DNA from: Acidimicrobiia bacterium
Lineage (GTDB): Bacteria > Actinomycetota > Acidimicrobiia > Acidimicrobiales > JACDCH01
Direction: 5' to 3'
Length of the DNA stretch: 64,000 nt
NCBI GenBank assembly: GCA_052387955.1
Contig: JBQTIQ010000008.1
Span: 4,553 to 68,552 of the forward strand
Shown: in pieces, positions 20,522 through 30,525 of the stretch
How the letters are laid out: each line of letters begins with the position of its first letter
Position numbering within the stretch: the first letter of the stretch is position 1
Made by a program: the position numbers and the translations under genes
The notes under the pieces: generated by a model
Database searches by the model: none
What the model was told of the DNA's origin: nothing
Seen by the model: only the letters and a program-made list of their open reading frames with translations

Positions 20522-22411
20522 ATGTCGATGGCGATGTGGCACATGCTCGGGAACGATCCCGAGAAGGTAAAGGGATCGCGTCTGGCGCCGGGGCTGATGA
20601 AACGGGTGTGGCAGTTCGCCCGTCGCTACCGGGCCAAGCTGGCGGGGTTCCTGGCCGTGGTCGTGCTGCAGGCCGTCGTCGGCCTGGCGCCGCCGCTGCT
20701 GATCAAGAGCGTGATCGACGACGCCATCCCGGCCCAGGACCGGGGGCTCGTCACGGTGCTGGCGTTGGCCATGATGGCGGCGGCGTTGGTGAACGCGATG
20801 CTCTCGATGCTGGGCCGGTGGTGGTCCTCGCGCATCGGTGAAGGGCTCATCTTCGACCTGCGGGTGTCGTTGTTCGACCACACCCAGCGGATGCCGATCG
20901 CCTTCTTCACCCGCACCCAGACCGGGGCGCTGGTCAGCCGCATGAACAACGACGTGATCGGGGCGCAGCGGGCGCTCACGGGCACGCTCGGCTCGGTGGT
21001 GGCCAACATCGTCACGCTGGCGTTCACGCTGGTGGCGATGGCCGCCCTCGAGTGGCGCCTGACGCTGTTGGCCGTGGTCCTGCTCCCCGTCTTCCTGGTC
21101 CCGGCCAAGCGTGTCGGGCGCCGCCTCCAGGCCATCACCCGCGAAGGCATGAACCTCAACGCCTCGATGAACTCGACCATGACCGAGCGCTTCGGCGTTG
21201 CCGGCGCCCTGCTGGTCAAGCTCTTCGGCCGTCACGACGAAGAGGTGAGCGAGTTCGGCGCCCGGGCCGGACGGGTGCGCGACATCGGCGTCCGCAGCGC
21301 CATGTACGGACGGGTCTTCTTCGAGGCGCTCGGTCTGGTCGGCGCGGTCGGCATCGCCGCGATCTATCTGGTGGGTGGACAGCTGGTCATCTCCGACGCC
21401 ATGACGCTCGGGACGCTGGTGGCGCTCGGCGCCTACGTCACCCGGATCTACGGACCGCTCACCTCGCTGACCAACGCCCGGGTCGACCTGATGACCGCCT
21501 TCGTGTCGTTCGAGCGGGTCTTCGAGGTGCTCGACACGCCCGCCTCGGTGGCCGACCGCGACGGCGCCTCACCGCTGGCCGCGGTGGCCGGACGGATCGA
21601 GTTCGACGACGTGTGGTTCCACTACCCGTCGGCGGCGGAGACCTCGGTGGCCTCGCTCGAAGGCCCCGAGGTGGCCGTGTCGGGCGACGGCCGGCTCTCC
21701 GACACGGTGTCGGCGACGGTGCTCCACGGCGTGTCGGCCACGATCGAACCGGGCCAGACAGTCGCCCTGGTCGGCCCTTCGGGTGCCGGGAAGACGACGC
21801 TCGCCAACCTCGTACCCCGCCTCTACGACGTGAGCGCCGGCGCCCTGCGCATCGACGGCCACGACGTCCGCGACGTGACCCAGGACTCCCTGCGGGCCGC
21901 GATCGGCGTGGTCGCCCAGGACCCGCACCTCTTCCACGACACGGTGATGGCGAACCTGCGCTACGCCCGCCCCTCGGCCACCAGCGACGAGGTCGCGGCG
22001 GCCTGCCGGGCGGCCCAGGTCCACGACGTCATCGCCAGCCTTCCCGAGGGCTACGACACCGTGGTGGGGGAGCGCGGCTACCGGCTGTCGGGGGGCGAGA
22101 AACAGCGCCTGGCCATTGCCCGGATGCTTCTCAAGGACCCTCGCATCGTCATCCTCGACGAAGCCACCAGTCATCTCGACTCCGAGAACGAGGCCGCCAT
22201 CCAGCGGGCGTTCGGCCACGCGCTGGCCGGACGCACCGCCTTGGTGATCGCCCACCGGTTGTCCACCGTGGCCGACGCCGACCAGATCCTGGTGATCGAC
22301 GACGGCCGGGTCGTCGAACGGGGCCGCCACCACGAGCTGCTCGCCGCCGAGGGCCTCTACGCCGACCTCTACCGCACCCTGGTCCGCACCGCCGTGGAAC
22401 CGATCGCCTGA
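20522..22411 (+). CDS. ABC exporter, fused permease/ATPase
   Basis: N-terminal TM domain, GPSGAGKT, LSGGEKQR, LDEATSHLD. Confidence 0.92.
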   Translation: MSMAMWHMLGNDPEKVKGSRLAPGLMKRVWQFARRYRAKLAGFLAVVVLQAVVGLAPPLLIKSVIDDAIPAQDRGLVTVLALAMMAAALVNAMLSMLGRWWSSRIGEGLIFDLRVSLFDHTQRMPIAFFTRTQTGALVSRMNNDVIGAQRALTGTLGSVVANIVTLAFTLVAMAALEWRLTLLAVVLLPVFLVPAKRVGRRLQAITREGMNLNASMNSTMTERFGVAGALLVKLFGRHDEEVSEFGARAGRVRDIGVRSAMYGRVFFEALGLVGAVGIAAIYLVGGQLVISDAMTLGTLVALGAYVTRIYGPLTSLTNARVDLMTAFVSFERVFEVLDTPASVADRDGASPLAAVAGRIEFDDVWFHYPSAAETSVASLEGPEVAVSGDGRLSDTVSATVLHGVSATIEPGQTVALVGPSGAGKTTLANLVPRLYDVSAGALRIDGHDVRDVTQDSLRAAIGVVAQDPHLFHDTVMANLRYARPSATSDEVAAACRAAQVHDVIASLPEGYDTVVGERGYRLSGGEKQRLAIARMLLKDPRIVILDEATSHLDSENEAAIQRAFGHALAGRTALVIAHRLSTVADADQILVIDDGRVVERGRHHELLAAEGLYADLYRTLVRTAVEPIA

Positions 22412-22475
22412 CCGGCCGGCGCCGGGCGCAGGAGCGACTGGGGGGCGATCGCCGCGGCGCGCCACAGCGCCCGGT

Positions 22476-23453
22476 TCAGTGCGTGTGGGGTGGGTGGGCG
22501 GACGTGGTCTCGAGCCAGCGCCGGAACCCGGCGGCGTTGGAGTGGATGCCGTTGAGGGTCTCGAGCTTCTCCCGCTGGGCGGGGTCGACGCCGTCGAGCT
22601 CATGGCCGAAGGTGACCTCGAGGGCAGCGGCGATGTCGCGCCCTTCCCTCCACGCCACCTCGGCCACCGCGGCCCAGCGGCGCAGGACCTCTTGGGCCTC
22701 CTCCAGGGTGTCGGCCGGGCCCGGTACCAGCCCGTAGTGGGCCAGCGCCACGCCGGTGGGACGGAGGCTGGCGAACTTCCGCAACGACGTCAGTGCCTGA
22801 TCGAGGTCGAAGTCGGGTGGCGGCGCCGCCGGCCGGAGGATGCCGGCATCGGGCAGGCGTACGCCGACGGCGTCGCCGGCGAACAACAGGCCGCTCTCGG
22901 AGTCGTGCAGGGCGAGGTGATGCTTGGCGTGCCCGGGCGAGTCGACGGTCCTCAGTGCCCGGCCGCCGCCGAGCGACAACAGGTCGCCGTCCTCGAGGAC
23001 CTTGACGCGGTCGGCCGGCGTGGGGTCGAGGCGGCCGTAGAGCGAGTCGAGCAGGTCGCCGTAGACCATGGCCGCGCTGGCCACCAACCGCGACGGGTCG
23101 ACGAGGTGCCGGGCACCCCGGCCGTGGACGTAGACGGTGGCTCGGGGGAAGGCCCGGGCCACGTCGCCGACGCCGCCGGCGTGGTCCAGGTGGATGTGGG
23201 TCACGGCGATGCTGGCCAGGTCGGCGGCGTCCACGTTGAGGTCGGCCAGCGCCGCCAGGAGGGCGGGCACCGACGACTGGCTCCCGGTCTCCACCAGCAC
23301 CGGCTCGGGCCCCTCGATCAGGTAGCCGGCGGTGACCCGTTCCCAGCCACCGAGGAGGGTGTCGATCTGGATGACGCCGGGGCCGATGACGGTGTGCACC
23401 GCCCCAGTCTCGCCGGCCGTGCCGATTGGTCGCGAGCTGCGCTCGTCGGCCAT
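22476..23453 (-). CDS. MBL-fold metallo-hydrolase
   Basis: THIHLDHAGG, PGHAKHH, FAGD, AHYG. Confidence 0.88.
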   Translation of the reverse strand: MADERSSRPIGTAGETGAVHTVIGPGVIQIDTLLGGWERVTAGYLIEGPEPVLVETGSQSSVPALLAALADLNVDAADLASIAVTHIHLDHAGGVGDVARAFPRATVYVHGRGARHLVDPSRLVASAAMVYGDLLDSLYGRLDPTPADRVKVLEDGDLLSLGGGRALRTVDSPGHAKHHLALHDSESGLLFAGDAVGVRLPDAGILRPAAPPPDFDLDQALTSLRKFASLRPTGVALAHYGLVPGPADTLEEAQEVLRRWAAVAEVAWREGRDIAAALEVTFGHELDGVDPAQREKLETLNGIHSNAAGFRRWLETTSAHPPHTH

Positions 23454-23484
23454 GCAGACCGGCCGGCACTGCCAGACTTGGCGA

Positions 23485-24723
23485 GTGCAGCAGCCGCTCT
23501 TCGTCGACGAGCCGACATGGTCGGTGGTCGAGCTGAGCCAGGCCGTCGGCCTCGCCGTAGGGCGGGCCTTCCCCGACGAGGTGTGGGTGTCGGGGGAGAT
23601 CGCCAACCTCCAGCGGCCGGCCTCGGGGCATGTCTACTTCGACCTCGTCGGGGAGGGGGCCCGGCTGCGGGTGACGCTGTGGGCAGCCGACCGCCGGGTG
23701 GTCAACGGCATCCTGCGCCGGGCCGGCGGAGCCGTCCGCATGGCGGACGGCACGGAGGTCCGTCTCCGGTCCCGGGTCACCTGGTGGCCCGACGGGGGCC
23801 AGCTCTCGTTGCGGATGTTGGGGATCGACACCGCCTACACGCTCGGCCAGCTCGAGGCCGAGCGCCAACGGCTCCTACAGGTGCTCGAAGCCGAAGGGCT
23901 CCTGGCCCGCCAGCGGGCGCTGGCGCTGGCGGCCGTGCCCCTGCGGGTGGGCCTCGTCACCAGCGACGGGTCCGCCGCGGCGTCCGATTTCCTCCACACC
24001 CTGGAGGCGAGCGGGCACGGTTGGCAGGTGGTGGTGGCCGACACGCGGGTCCAGGGGCCGGCGGCAGAGCCGTCGGTGCTCGCCGCCTTGGAGGCGATGG
24101 CTGCGGTCGTTCCCGCCCTCGACGTCGTGTGCCTGGTCCGGGGCGGTGGCGCCCGCACCGACCTCGCCGCTTTCGACCGAGAGGCCGTGGCCCGCGCCAT
24201 CTCCCTGTGCCCGGTGCCGGTCCTCACTGGGATCGGCCACGAGATCGACACCACCGTGGCCGACCTCGTCGCCCACCAGCGGCTGAAGACCCCGTCGGCC
24301 TGTGCCGCCTTCCTGGTGGAGCGGGTCGCCGCTTTCGGGGAGCTGCTGGACCGCCGGTCCGATGGCGTGACCGCGGCAGCAGCGGCCGTGCTGGAGCAGG
24401 CCGGCGCACGCCTGCAACGGGCGTCGGCCCGCGCCGGGGCCGCCGCTCGTCACCATCTCCGGGCCGAGGAGTACCGGCTCGGCGCCAGCGCGCAGCGCCT
24501 TGCCCACCGCCCGCACCAGCTGCTCGACCGTGCCCAGCGGACGTTGGACACGGTCGACGCCCGGGCCCGCGCCCTCGACCCGTCGCGCCTGCTGGCCCGG
24601 GGCTGGTCGATCACCCGTGACCGCGCCGGCCGACTTGTGCGGGAACCCGGCGCCGTCCCCCCAGGGTCCACCCTGGTCACTACCGTCGCCGGCGGCGAAC
24701 TGCGGAGCACGGTCGATGGCTGA
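23485..24723 (+). CDS. xseA: exodeoxyribonuclease VII large subunit
   Basis: VWVSGEI..SGHVYFDL, RGGGA, GIGHEID, TPSA. Confidence 0.92.
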   Translation: MQQPLFVDEPTWSVVELSQAVGLAVGRAFPDEVWVSGEIANLQRPASGHVYFDLVGEGARLRVTLWAADRRVVNGILRRAGGAVRMADGTEVRLRSRVTWWPDGGQLSLRMLGIDTAYTLGQLEAERQRLLQVLEAEGLLARQRALALAAVPLRVGLVTSDGSAAASDFLHTLEASGHGWQVVVADTRVQGPAAEPSVLAALEAMAAVVPALDVVCLVRGGGARTDLAAFDREAVARAISLCPVPVLTGIGHEIDTTVADLVAHQRLKTPSACAAFLVERVAAFGELLDRRSDGVTAAAAAVLEQAGARLQRASARAGAAARHHLRAEEYRLGASAQRLAHRPHQLLDRAQRTLDTVDARARALDPSRLLARGWSITRDRAGRLVREPGAVPPGSTLVTTVAGGELRSTVDG

Positions 24724-24964
24724 GGCGCCCGTCCCCGACGGCGGCTCGGCCGGCGACGCTCGGACTGTGGGCTACGCCGACGCCTTGCGGGAGCTCGAGG
24801 AGATCCTTTCCGAGCTCGAAGGCGACGCCGTCGACGTGGACCGTCTGGCCAGCCGGGTCGCCCGGGCCGCGGTTCTCATCGAGAGTTGCCGGGCCCGCAT
24901 CGAAACCGCCCGCATGGACGTGGCCCGGATCGTCGGCGAGCCCGGCCAGGAGCGGGGCCTCTAG
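24716..24964 (+). CDS. xseB: exodeoxyribonuclease VII small subunit
   Basis: YADALRELEEILSELE...CRARI; overlaps the xseA stop. Confidence 0.88.
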   Translation: MAEAPVPDGGSAGDARTVGYADALRELEEILSELEGDAVDVDRLASRVARAAVLIESCRARIETARMDVARIVGEPGQERGL

Positions 24965-24966
24965 AT

Positions 24967-24996
24967 GGGGGCCGGGGGGGCGCAGCCCACTGGCTA
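24967..24996 (-). repeat. intergenic repeat family A, partial copy
   Basis: Reverse complement reads tagccagtgggctgcgcccccccggccccc, matching 4831. Confidence 0.65.
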
Positions 24997-25103
24997 GTCG
25001 TCCGGCCGGCGCCCCGACTTGTCGGGCATCCGTCCCGGTCCGCCGCTACGTAGGCCAGGCAATGGTGGTGCTACAGCCCGACGGTCCTACGCTTGGCGCC
25101 CGA

Positions 25104-26171
25104 ATGGCGGGACCCGCACGCAGTGTGACCTTGCCGGCGAGCCTCGCCGTCGTAGCCCAGCGGACCGGGCGACGTCTCGGCACGATGATGACCGCCGAGC
25201 TGGAGCGCTGGAGCGCGCTCGACCAGGACATGGCCGAGCCCCTGCGTTCGTTGATGCGCCTGGTCGGCGCCGGCGGCAAGCGGTTGCGGCCGGCGTTCTG
25301 TCACTGGGGGTTCGTCGGAGCCGGCGGCGACCCCGACGACCCGGCCGTGGTCGAGGCCGGGTGTGCCTTCGAGATGCTGCACGCCTTCGCGCTGATCCAC
25401 GACGACGTCATGGACGGCTCGCCGACCCGGCGGGGCCTGTGCACCGCCCACCGCGAGTACACCGACCGCCACCGGGTGGCCCAATGGCGGGGCGAGGCCC
25501 GCCGCTTCGGCGAGGGCGTCGCCATCCTCATCGGGGACCTCGCCCATGTCTATGCCGACCGGTTCGTGGCCGGGGCACCCGACGAGGTCCGGACGTTGTG
25601 GGACGAGCTTCGGGTCGAGCTCAACGTGGGCCAGTTCCTCGACGTCCTCGGCACCGCCCGGGGTGACACCGACCTGGCCCGGGCCCGGCGCATCGCCCGT
25701 TACAAGTCCGGCAAGTACACGATCGAGCGGCCGCTTCACGTGGGCGCGGCCCTGGCCGGCCGGCCCGACCTGTTCGGCGTGCTGTCGGCCTATGGCGACC
25801 CGCTGGGAGAGGCGTTCCAGCTCCGCGACGACCTCCTGGGGGCCTTCGGCGATGAGTCGGTCACCGGCAAGCCGGTGGGCGACGACCTGCGCGAGGGCAA
25901 GCCCACGCCGCTGCTGGCGCTGGCCACCGCCCGGGCCACCGCGACGCAGGCCCATGCCCTCGCCCTCGTCGGCCGGCCCGACCTGTCCGCCGACGACGTG
26001 GCGTCCGTCCAGGCCGTCCTGGTCGACACCGGTGCCGTGGCCGAGACAGAGGCCATCATCGACGGGCTCACCGCCCGTGCCGTCGACGCCGTGGACTGGG
26101 GCCAGATCCGCCCCGACGCCCACACCGCGCTGGTCGAGCTCGCTCATTTCGTCGCCTGGCGAGACCGCTGA
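25104..26171 (+). CDS. crtE: polyprenyl (GGPP) synthase
   Basis: GKRLRP, LIHDDVMD, RRG, FQLRDD; start uncertain. Confidence 0.88.
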   Translation: MAGPARSVTLPASLAVVAQRTGRRLGTMMTAELERWSALDQDMAEPLRSLMRLVGAGGKRLRPAFCHWGFVGAGGDPDDPAVVEAGCAFEMLHAFALIHDDVMDGSPTRRGLCTAHREYTDRHRVAQWRGEARRFGEGVAILIGDLAHVYADRFVAGAPDEVRTLWDELRVELNVGQFLDVLGTARGDTDLARARRIARYKSGKYTIERPLHVGAALAGRPDLFGVLSAYGDPLGEAFQLRDDLLGAFGDESVTGKPVGDDLREGKPTPLLALATARATATQAHALALVGRPDLSADDVASVQAVLVDTGAVAETEAIIDGLTARAVDAVDWGQIRPDAHTALVELAHFVAWRDR

Positions 26172-26197
26172 GGTGCGAGGGGAGCGAGCCCCTCAGG

Positions 26198-26251
26198 CCG
26201 ACGGCGCGAGCGCCAGCTCGCCCGGGGGCGATGGGTGTGGGGCGCAGCCCC
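26198..26251 (-). repeat. intergenic repeat family A copy
   Basis: Near-identical in reverse complement to 52381-52434 and 61644-61696. Confidence 0.85.
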
Positions 26252-26354
26252 ACCAGCAGAGAGCGATCGACCCGATCGTGGGCCGGCTCGGGCTGCGGGC
26301 GCGGTTCGGTCCTATCGTCGCGCTCAGGCGCACCGAGCCGAGGGGGTAGCACGC

Positions 26355-27830
26355 ATGGAAGTCGTGGTCATCGGGGCCGGTCTTGGTGGGCTGAGCACGG
26401 CGATGCATCTGCGCGGACGCGGCCACGACGTCGTCGTCCTCGAACGGGGCGACGTCCCCGGCGGACGGGCCGGGATCCTGCGACGCGACGGCTACCGCTT
26501 CGACACGGGCCCGACCGTGCTCACCATGATCGACATCATCGCCGACTGCTTCACCGCCGTCGGCGCCGACATGGCCGACCACCTGAAGATCTTCCCGGTC
26601 GACCCCATGTACCGGGCTGTCTTCGAGGACAACTCCGAGCTGCGGGTGTGGCACGGCCGTGAACGCATGGCCAAGGAGATCCGCTCGTTCGCCGGGCCCG
26701 ACGCCGCCAAGCAGTTCCACAAGTTCTGTGACTGGCTCACCAAGCTCTACCGGCTCGAGATGCCGAACTTCATCGACCGCAACTTCAACTCGTTGTTCAG
26801 CATCGCCAACCCGTTGCCGCCGGGGATCCAGCTCTTCATGATGGGTGGCTTCGGCAAGGTCGCCAACCGGGTGGCCAAGTACTTCGACGACGAGCGCCTG
26901 CAGCGGATCTTCAGCTTCCAGTCGCTCTACGCCGGCCTCGCCCCCCAGCAGGCGCTGGCCATCTACTGCGTCATCACCTACATGGACACCGTCGCCGGCG
27001 TGTTCCAGCCCCAGGGGGGCATGCACGCCATCCCCCAGGCGATGGCCGACGCCTCCGAGCTGGCCGGCGTCGAGTTCCGCTACGGGGCCGAGGTCGACCG
27101 GATCATCCTCGAGGAGGGCACGTCGGGCCGGGTCCGGGGCGTGCGTCTTGCCGGTACCGGCGAGGTGATCGAGGCCGACGCCGTCGTCTGCAACCCCGAT
27201 CTGCCGGTGGCCTACCGGACGCTGTTGCCGGGAACTCCCATGCCGCTGGTGGCCCGCCGGGGCACGTACTCGCCGTCGTGCGTGGTGTGGCACGTAGGGG
27301 CGAGAGGCGAGCTGCCGCCCGGCGTCGGCCATCACAACATCCATTTCGGCCAGCAGTGGGACCAGGCGTTCAAGGCGCTGCTAAAGGATGGCCGGCGGAT
27401 GCCCGACCCGTCGATCCTGGTATCGGTGCCGACGTACTCCGATCCCACCGCCGCTCCCGAAGGGTGCCACAGCCTCTTCGTGCTCGAGCCGACCCCCAAC
27501 CTGGACGGCAAGGTCGACTGGACCCGCGAGCGGCACAAGGTCCGCGACGACCTGTCCCAGATGATCGAGAAGCTCGGCTACCCGATCGACATCCAGGTCG
27601 AGGAGCTGGTCGACCCCACTGACTGGGAGCGGATGGGCATGGAGCGGGGCACGCCGTTCGCGCTGTCGCACCGGTTCCTGCAGACCGGCCCGTTCCGTCC
27701 GAACAACATCGACAAGCGGGCGCCCGGCCTCGTGTTCGTGGGCAGCAGTACATTGCCGGGCGTGGGGGTGCCCATGGTGCTGATCTCGGGCCGCCTGGCC
27801 GCCGAGCGAGTCGACGAGCTCTACCAGTGA
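26355..27830 (+). CDS. crtI: phytoene desaturase
   Basis: GAGLGGL, FDTGPTVL, PGVGVPMVLISG. Confidence 0.92.
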   Translation: MEVVVIGAGLGGLSTAMHLRGRGHDVVVLERGDVPGGRAGILRRDGYRFDTGPTVLTMIDIIADCFTAVGADMADHLKIFPVDPMYRAVFEDNSELRVWHGRERMAKEIRSFAGPDAAKQFHKFCDWLTKLYRLEMPNFIDRNFNSLFSIANPLPPGIQLFMMGGFGKVANRVAKYFDDERLQRIFSFQSLYAGLAPQQALAIYCVITYMDTVAGVFQPQGGMHAIPQAMADASELAGVEFRYGAEVDRIILEEGTSGRVRGVRLAGTGEVIEADAVVCNPDLPVAYRTLLPGTPMPLVARRGTYSPSCVVWHVGARGELPPGVGHHNIHFGQQWDQAFKALLKDGRRMPDPSILVSVPTYSDPTAAPEGCHSLFVLEPTPNLDGKVDWTRERHKVRDDLSQMIEKLGYPIDIQVEELVDPTDWERMGMERGTPFALSHRFLQTGPFRPNNIDKRAPGLVFVGSSTLPGVGVPMVLISGRLAAERVDELYQ

Positions 27831-28750
27831 TCACCCTCGAGCAGTCCTATCGACGCTGCCGGGAGCTCAACAAGCGCAACGGCACCACCTACTACTGGTC
27901 GACCTACGCCCTGCCTCCGGTCAAGCGCCACCACGTGCACGCCCTCTACGGGTTCTGCCGCTACGCCGACGACATCGTCGACGACCTCGGCCCGGTGCCC
28001 GTCGACGTGCGGGCCAAAGCCCTGCACGAGTTCGGCGACCGCTTCTTCGCCGATCTCGAGACCGGGCGGTCCGACGACGACGTGCTGTGGGCCGTTGTCC
28101 ACACGGTGCTCAGCTTCGGGATCGACCCCGACTGCTTCCGCCGGTTCCTGCACTCGATGGAGATGGACCTCACCGTCGACCGCTACGAGTCCTTCGACGA
28201 CCTGCTCGGCTACATGGACGGCTCAGCCGCGGTCATCGGCGAGATGATGCTGCCGATCCTCGAGCCGCTGACACCCGAAGCGAAAGCGCCGGCCCGCGCC
28301 CTGGGGAACGCCTTCCAGCTCACCAACTTCCTGCGGGACATCGAAGAGGACCTGCGCCGCGGCCGGACCTACGTGCCTCAGAGCGACATCCGCTGGTTCG
28401 GGGCCGAGGAGGCCTTCGAGGACCGCCGGGTGACACCGGGGTTCCTGGCCCTGATGCGCTTCGAGATCAGCCGCATCCGGGCGATCTACCGCCAGGCCGA
28501 CCTCGGGATCGACATGCTGCCGCCATCGTCGGCGCGCGCCATCCGGGCGGCACGGGTGCTCTACAGCCGGATCCTCGACGTGATCGAGACCAACGGCCTC
28601 GACGTCTTCGAGTCGAGGGCCCGGGTGCCGACCTGGCAGAAGGCTGCTACCGGCGTGAAGGCGCTCGTCCTCGACGACGCCGTCCGCAAGGGCCGGCTCG
28701 GCGCCCGGCGCGCCCTCAGCGGGGTGCGGGGACGAGAGGGTCGCGGGTAA
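27827..28750 (+). CDS. crtB: phytoene synthase
   Basis: YGFCRYADDIVD, FQLTNFLRDI.ED..RGR.Y.P; GTGA-coupled to crtI. Confidence 0.92.
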   Translation: MITLEQSYRRCRELNKRNGTTYYWSTYALPPVKRHHVHALYGFCRYADDIVDDLGPVPVDVRAKALHEFGDRFFADLETGRSDDDVLWAVVHTVLSFGIDPDCFRRFLHSMEMDLTVDRYESFDDLLGYMDGSAAVIGEMMLPILEPLTPEAKAPARALGNAFQLTNFLRDIEEDLRRGRTYVPQSDIRWFGAEEAFEDRRVTPGFLALMRFEISRIRAIYRQADLGIDMLPPSSARAIRAARVLYSRILDVIETNGLDVFESRARVPTWQKAATGVKALVLDDAVRKGRLGARRALSGVRGREGRG

Positions 28751-29192
28751 CGGCCTGTGCTCGCTCCCGTAGCTCGCGGGGGACGACCGGCAGCAGGAAC
28801 CCGTACGGCTCACCGGCCCACAGGTGGTGGATGCGATGCGCCTCGCGGACCCGCTCCAGGGGGGCGCACCGCCAGGTGAAGCCCGGGATGCGGCGGTGGA
28901 TGTAGATGTCGTGCACGAACAGGTAGGCCATGCCGTAGAGGGTGACGCCGAGGCCCACCCATGCCAACGCCGACAGCCCGTCCACGAACGTCCCGGCCGC
29001 GATGGCAGCGATGGTGAGCACCGCGGCGACGACCGGGTAGAGGTCGTTCGCCTCGAAGAGGGTGAGGCGGACCTGATGGTGCCCGACGTGCCAGGCCCCG
29101 AGGCGCCCGTGCATCACGTAGCGGTGGGCCAGATAGGCCGCCGGCTCCATCAGGACGAAGGCGACCAGCACCAGTCCCAACTCGGCCGGCAT
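28716..29192 (-). CDS. crtZ: beta-carotene hydroxylase-like protein (CrtZ / fatty acid hydroxylase family)
   Basis: HRYVMHG, WHVGHH, FEANDLY, VHDIYIHRR, AHRIHH histidine boxes. Confidence 0.82.
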   Translation of the reverse strand: MPAELGLVLVAFVLMEPAAYLAHRYVMHGRLGAWHVGHHQVRLTLFEANDLYPVVAAVLTIAAIAAGTFVDGLSALAWVGLGVTLYGMAYLFVHDIYIHRRIPGFTWRCAPLERVREAHRIHHLWAGEPYGFLLPVVPRELRERAQAVTRDPLVPAPR

Positions 29193-29275
29193 CGGGACAA
29201 GGGTACCGGCTCGGGCGCGCCGATGAAGGCCTGGGAGGCCTGCTGTTCCCGCTGATCGAGCTCTCCCGTCCGGTC

Positions 29276-29734
29276 ATGGTCGTGCTGGACGTCGCGGTGT
29301 GGGGCGCGTGGAGCGCGGTGGTCGGCTACTGGGGCCACCGGCGCCCGCCGCAGGCGTTTGCCGGCAACCGGCGCCTCTACCGGCTCCGGCGTTGGGAGCG
29401 AGGCGGGCGCTTCTACGAGGAACGGCTTCGCATCAAGGACTGGAAGGACCGGCTACCGGACGCGGGAGCGTTCTTCGCCGGCGGGATGTCCAAACGCGCC
29501 CTACCGGGCAAGGGCATCGAAGCGCTGTCGCGCTTCGAGATCGAGACCCGGCGAGCCGAGTGGGCCCACTGGGTGATCATGCTGGCGGTGCCCGTGTTCG
29601 TGATCTGGAACTACTGGTGGGTGGTACCGGTCATGGCCGGCTACGCGGTGGCCGCCAACGGCCCCTGTGTCGCCGTACAGCGCTACAACCGGGCCCGGCT
29701 CGAGCACTTGCTCGACCGGTCCCGGCCCGGCTGA
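29276..29734 (+). CDS. CrtO-like glycosyl-carotenoid acyltransferase
   Basis: WERGGRFYE..LRIKDWKDRLPD, ETRRAEWAHW, QRYNRARL. Confidence 0.75.
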   Translation: MVVLDVAVWGAWSAVVGYWGHRRPPQAFAGNRRLYRLRRWERGGRFYEERLRIKDWKDRLPDAGAFFAGGMSKRALPGKGIEALSRFEIETRRAEWAHWVIMLAVPVFVIWNYWWVVPVMAGYAVAANGPCVAVQRYNRARLEHLLDRSRPG

Positions 29735-29748
29735 GCCGCCGACCGGGT

Positions 29749-30144
29749 TCACGACCCCCGGGCATTGGCGATGAGGTCGCGGATCTCGGTCAACAGCAGG
29801 GCTTCGTCGCTCGGGGTCGGAGTGGCGGCGATCGCCTCCTCCTCGCCCCGCTTGCGCCGCTGCGCCAACGTGTTCATCGGCCGCACGACCGCGAAGAACA
29901 CCGCGGCCGCGATCAGCACGAACGAGATCACGTCGTTGAGGAACACGCCGTAACCGAACGTGCTCTCGTTGATGGTGAAGTCGAGCGAGCTGAAGTCCTG
30001 GTTGCCGGGGATGGCGATCAGCGGTGTCAGCAGGTTCTTGGTCAACGACGTGACCACGGCACCGAAGGCGGCGCCGATCACCACCGCTACCGCCAGGTCG
30101 ACGATGTTGCCCCTCAGCAGGAACGCCTTGAACTCCTTCAGCAT
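29749..30144 (-). CDS. mscL: large-conductance mechanosensitive channel
   Basis: MLKEFKAFLLRGNIVDLAVAVVIG, LLTEIRDL. Confidence 0.96.
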   Translation of the reverse strand: MLKEFKAFLLRGNIVDLAVAVVIGAAFGAVVTSLTKNLLTPLIAIPGNQDFSSLDFTINESTFGYGVFLNDVISFVLIAAAVFFAVVRPMNTLAQRRKRGEEEAIAATPTPSDEALLLTEIRDLIANARGS

Positions 30145-30162
30145 CGTTCTCCTCATCTCTTG

Positions 30163-30295
30163 CGTTCCCCGGCCGCGCAGGCCGGGCTTGGACGCGCCTC
30201 CGCTGGCGCTCCGGCGCTCGCATCGGTGGCACGTCTGGTCTAGCCCGATGCGCAGGCCGGGCTTGGACCGCGCCTCCCGCGGGCGCTCCGGCGCC
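30163..30295 (+). repeat. intergenic repeat family B (one full copy plus one partial)
   Basis: cgttccccggccgcgcaggccgggcttggacgcgcctccgctggcgctccggcgctcgcatc, near-identical to 32237-32298. Confidence 0.8.
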
Positions 30296-30301
30296 GGCGT
30301 T

Positions 30302-30337
30302 GGTGGCGGTGGCGGTGGCGGTGGCGGTGGCGGTGGC
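30302..30337 (+). repeat. (GGTGGC)6 tandem repeat
   Basis: Read directly from the sequence. Confidence 0.9.
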
Positions 30338-30525
30338 GGACGGTCTATCAGAGCGGTCGCTACGGACAGCGGACGAAACGCCGAGCCCAGGGCGTTGAGT
30401 GCCCGAATGGGATGAACGGGCGAATCCGACCGGATCGGCTGATAGGCGCGAACCGGCCAGGGCTGCGATCATGACCGGCGATGGCCCGGCGAGCGCCGGC
30501 CCGAGAGAAGGGATGCGGGGAGCGG

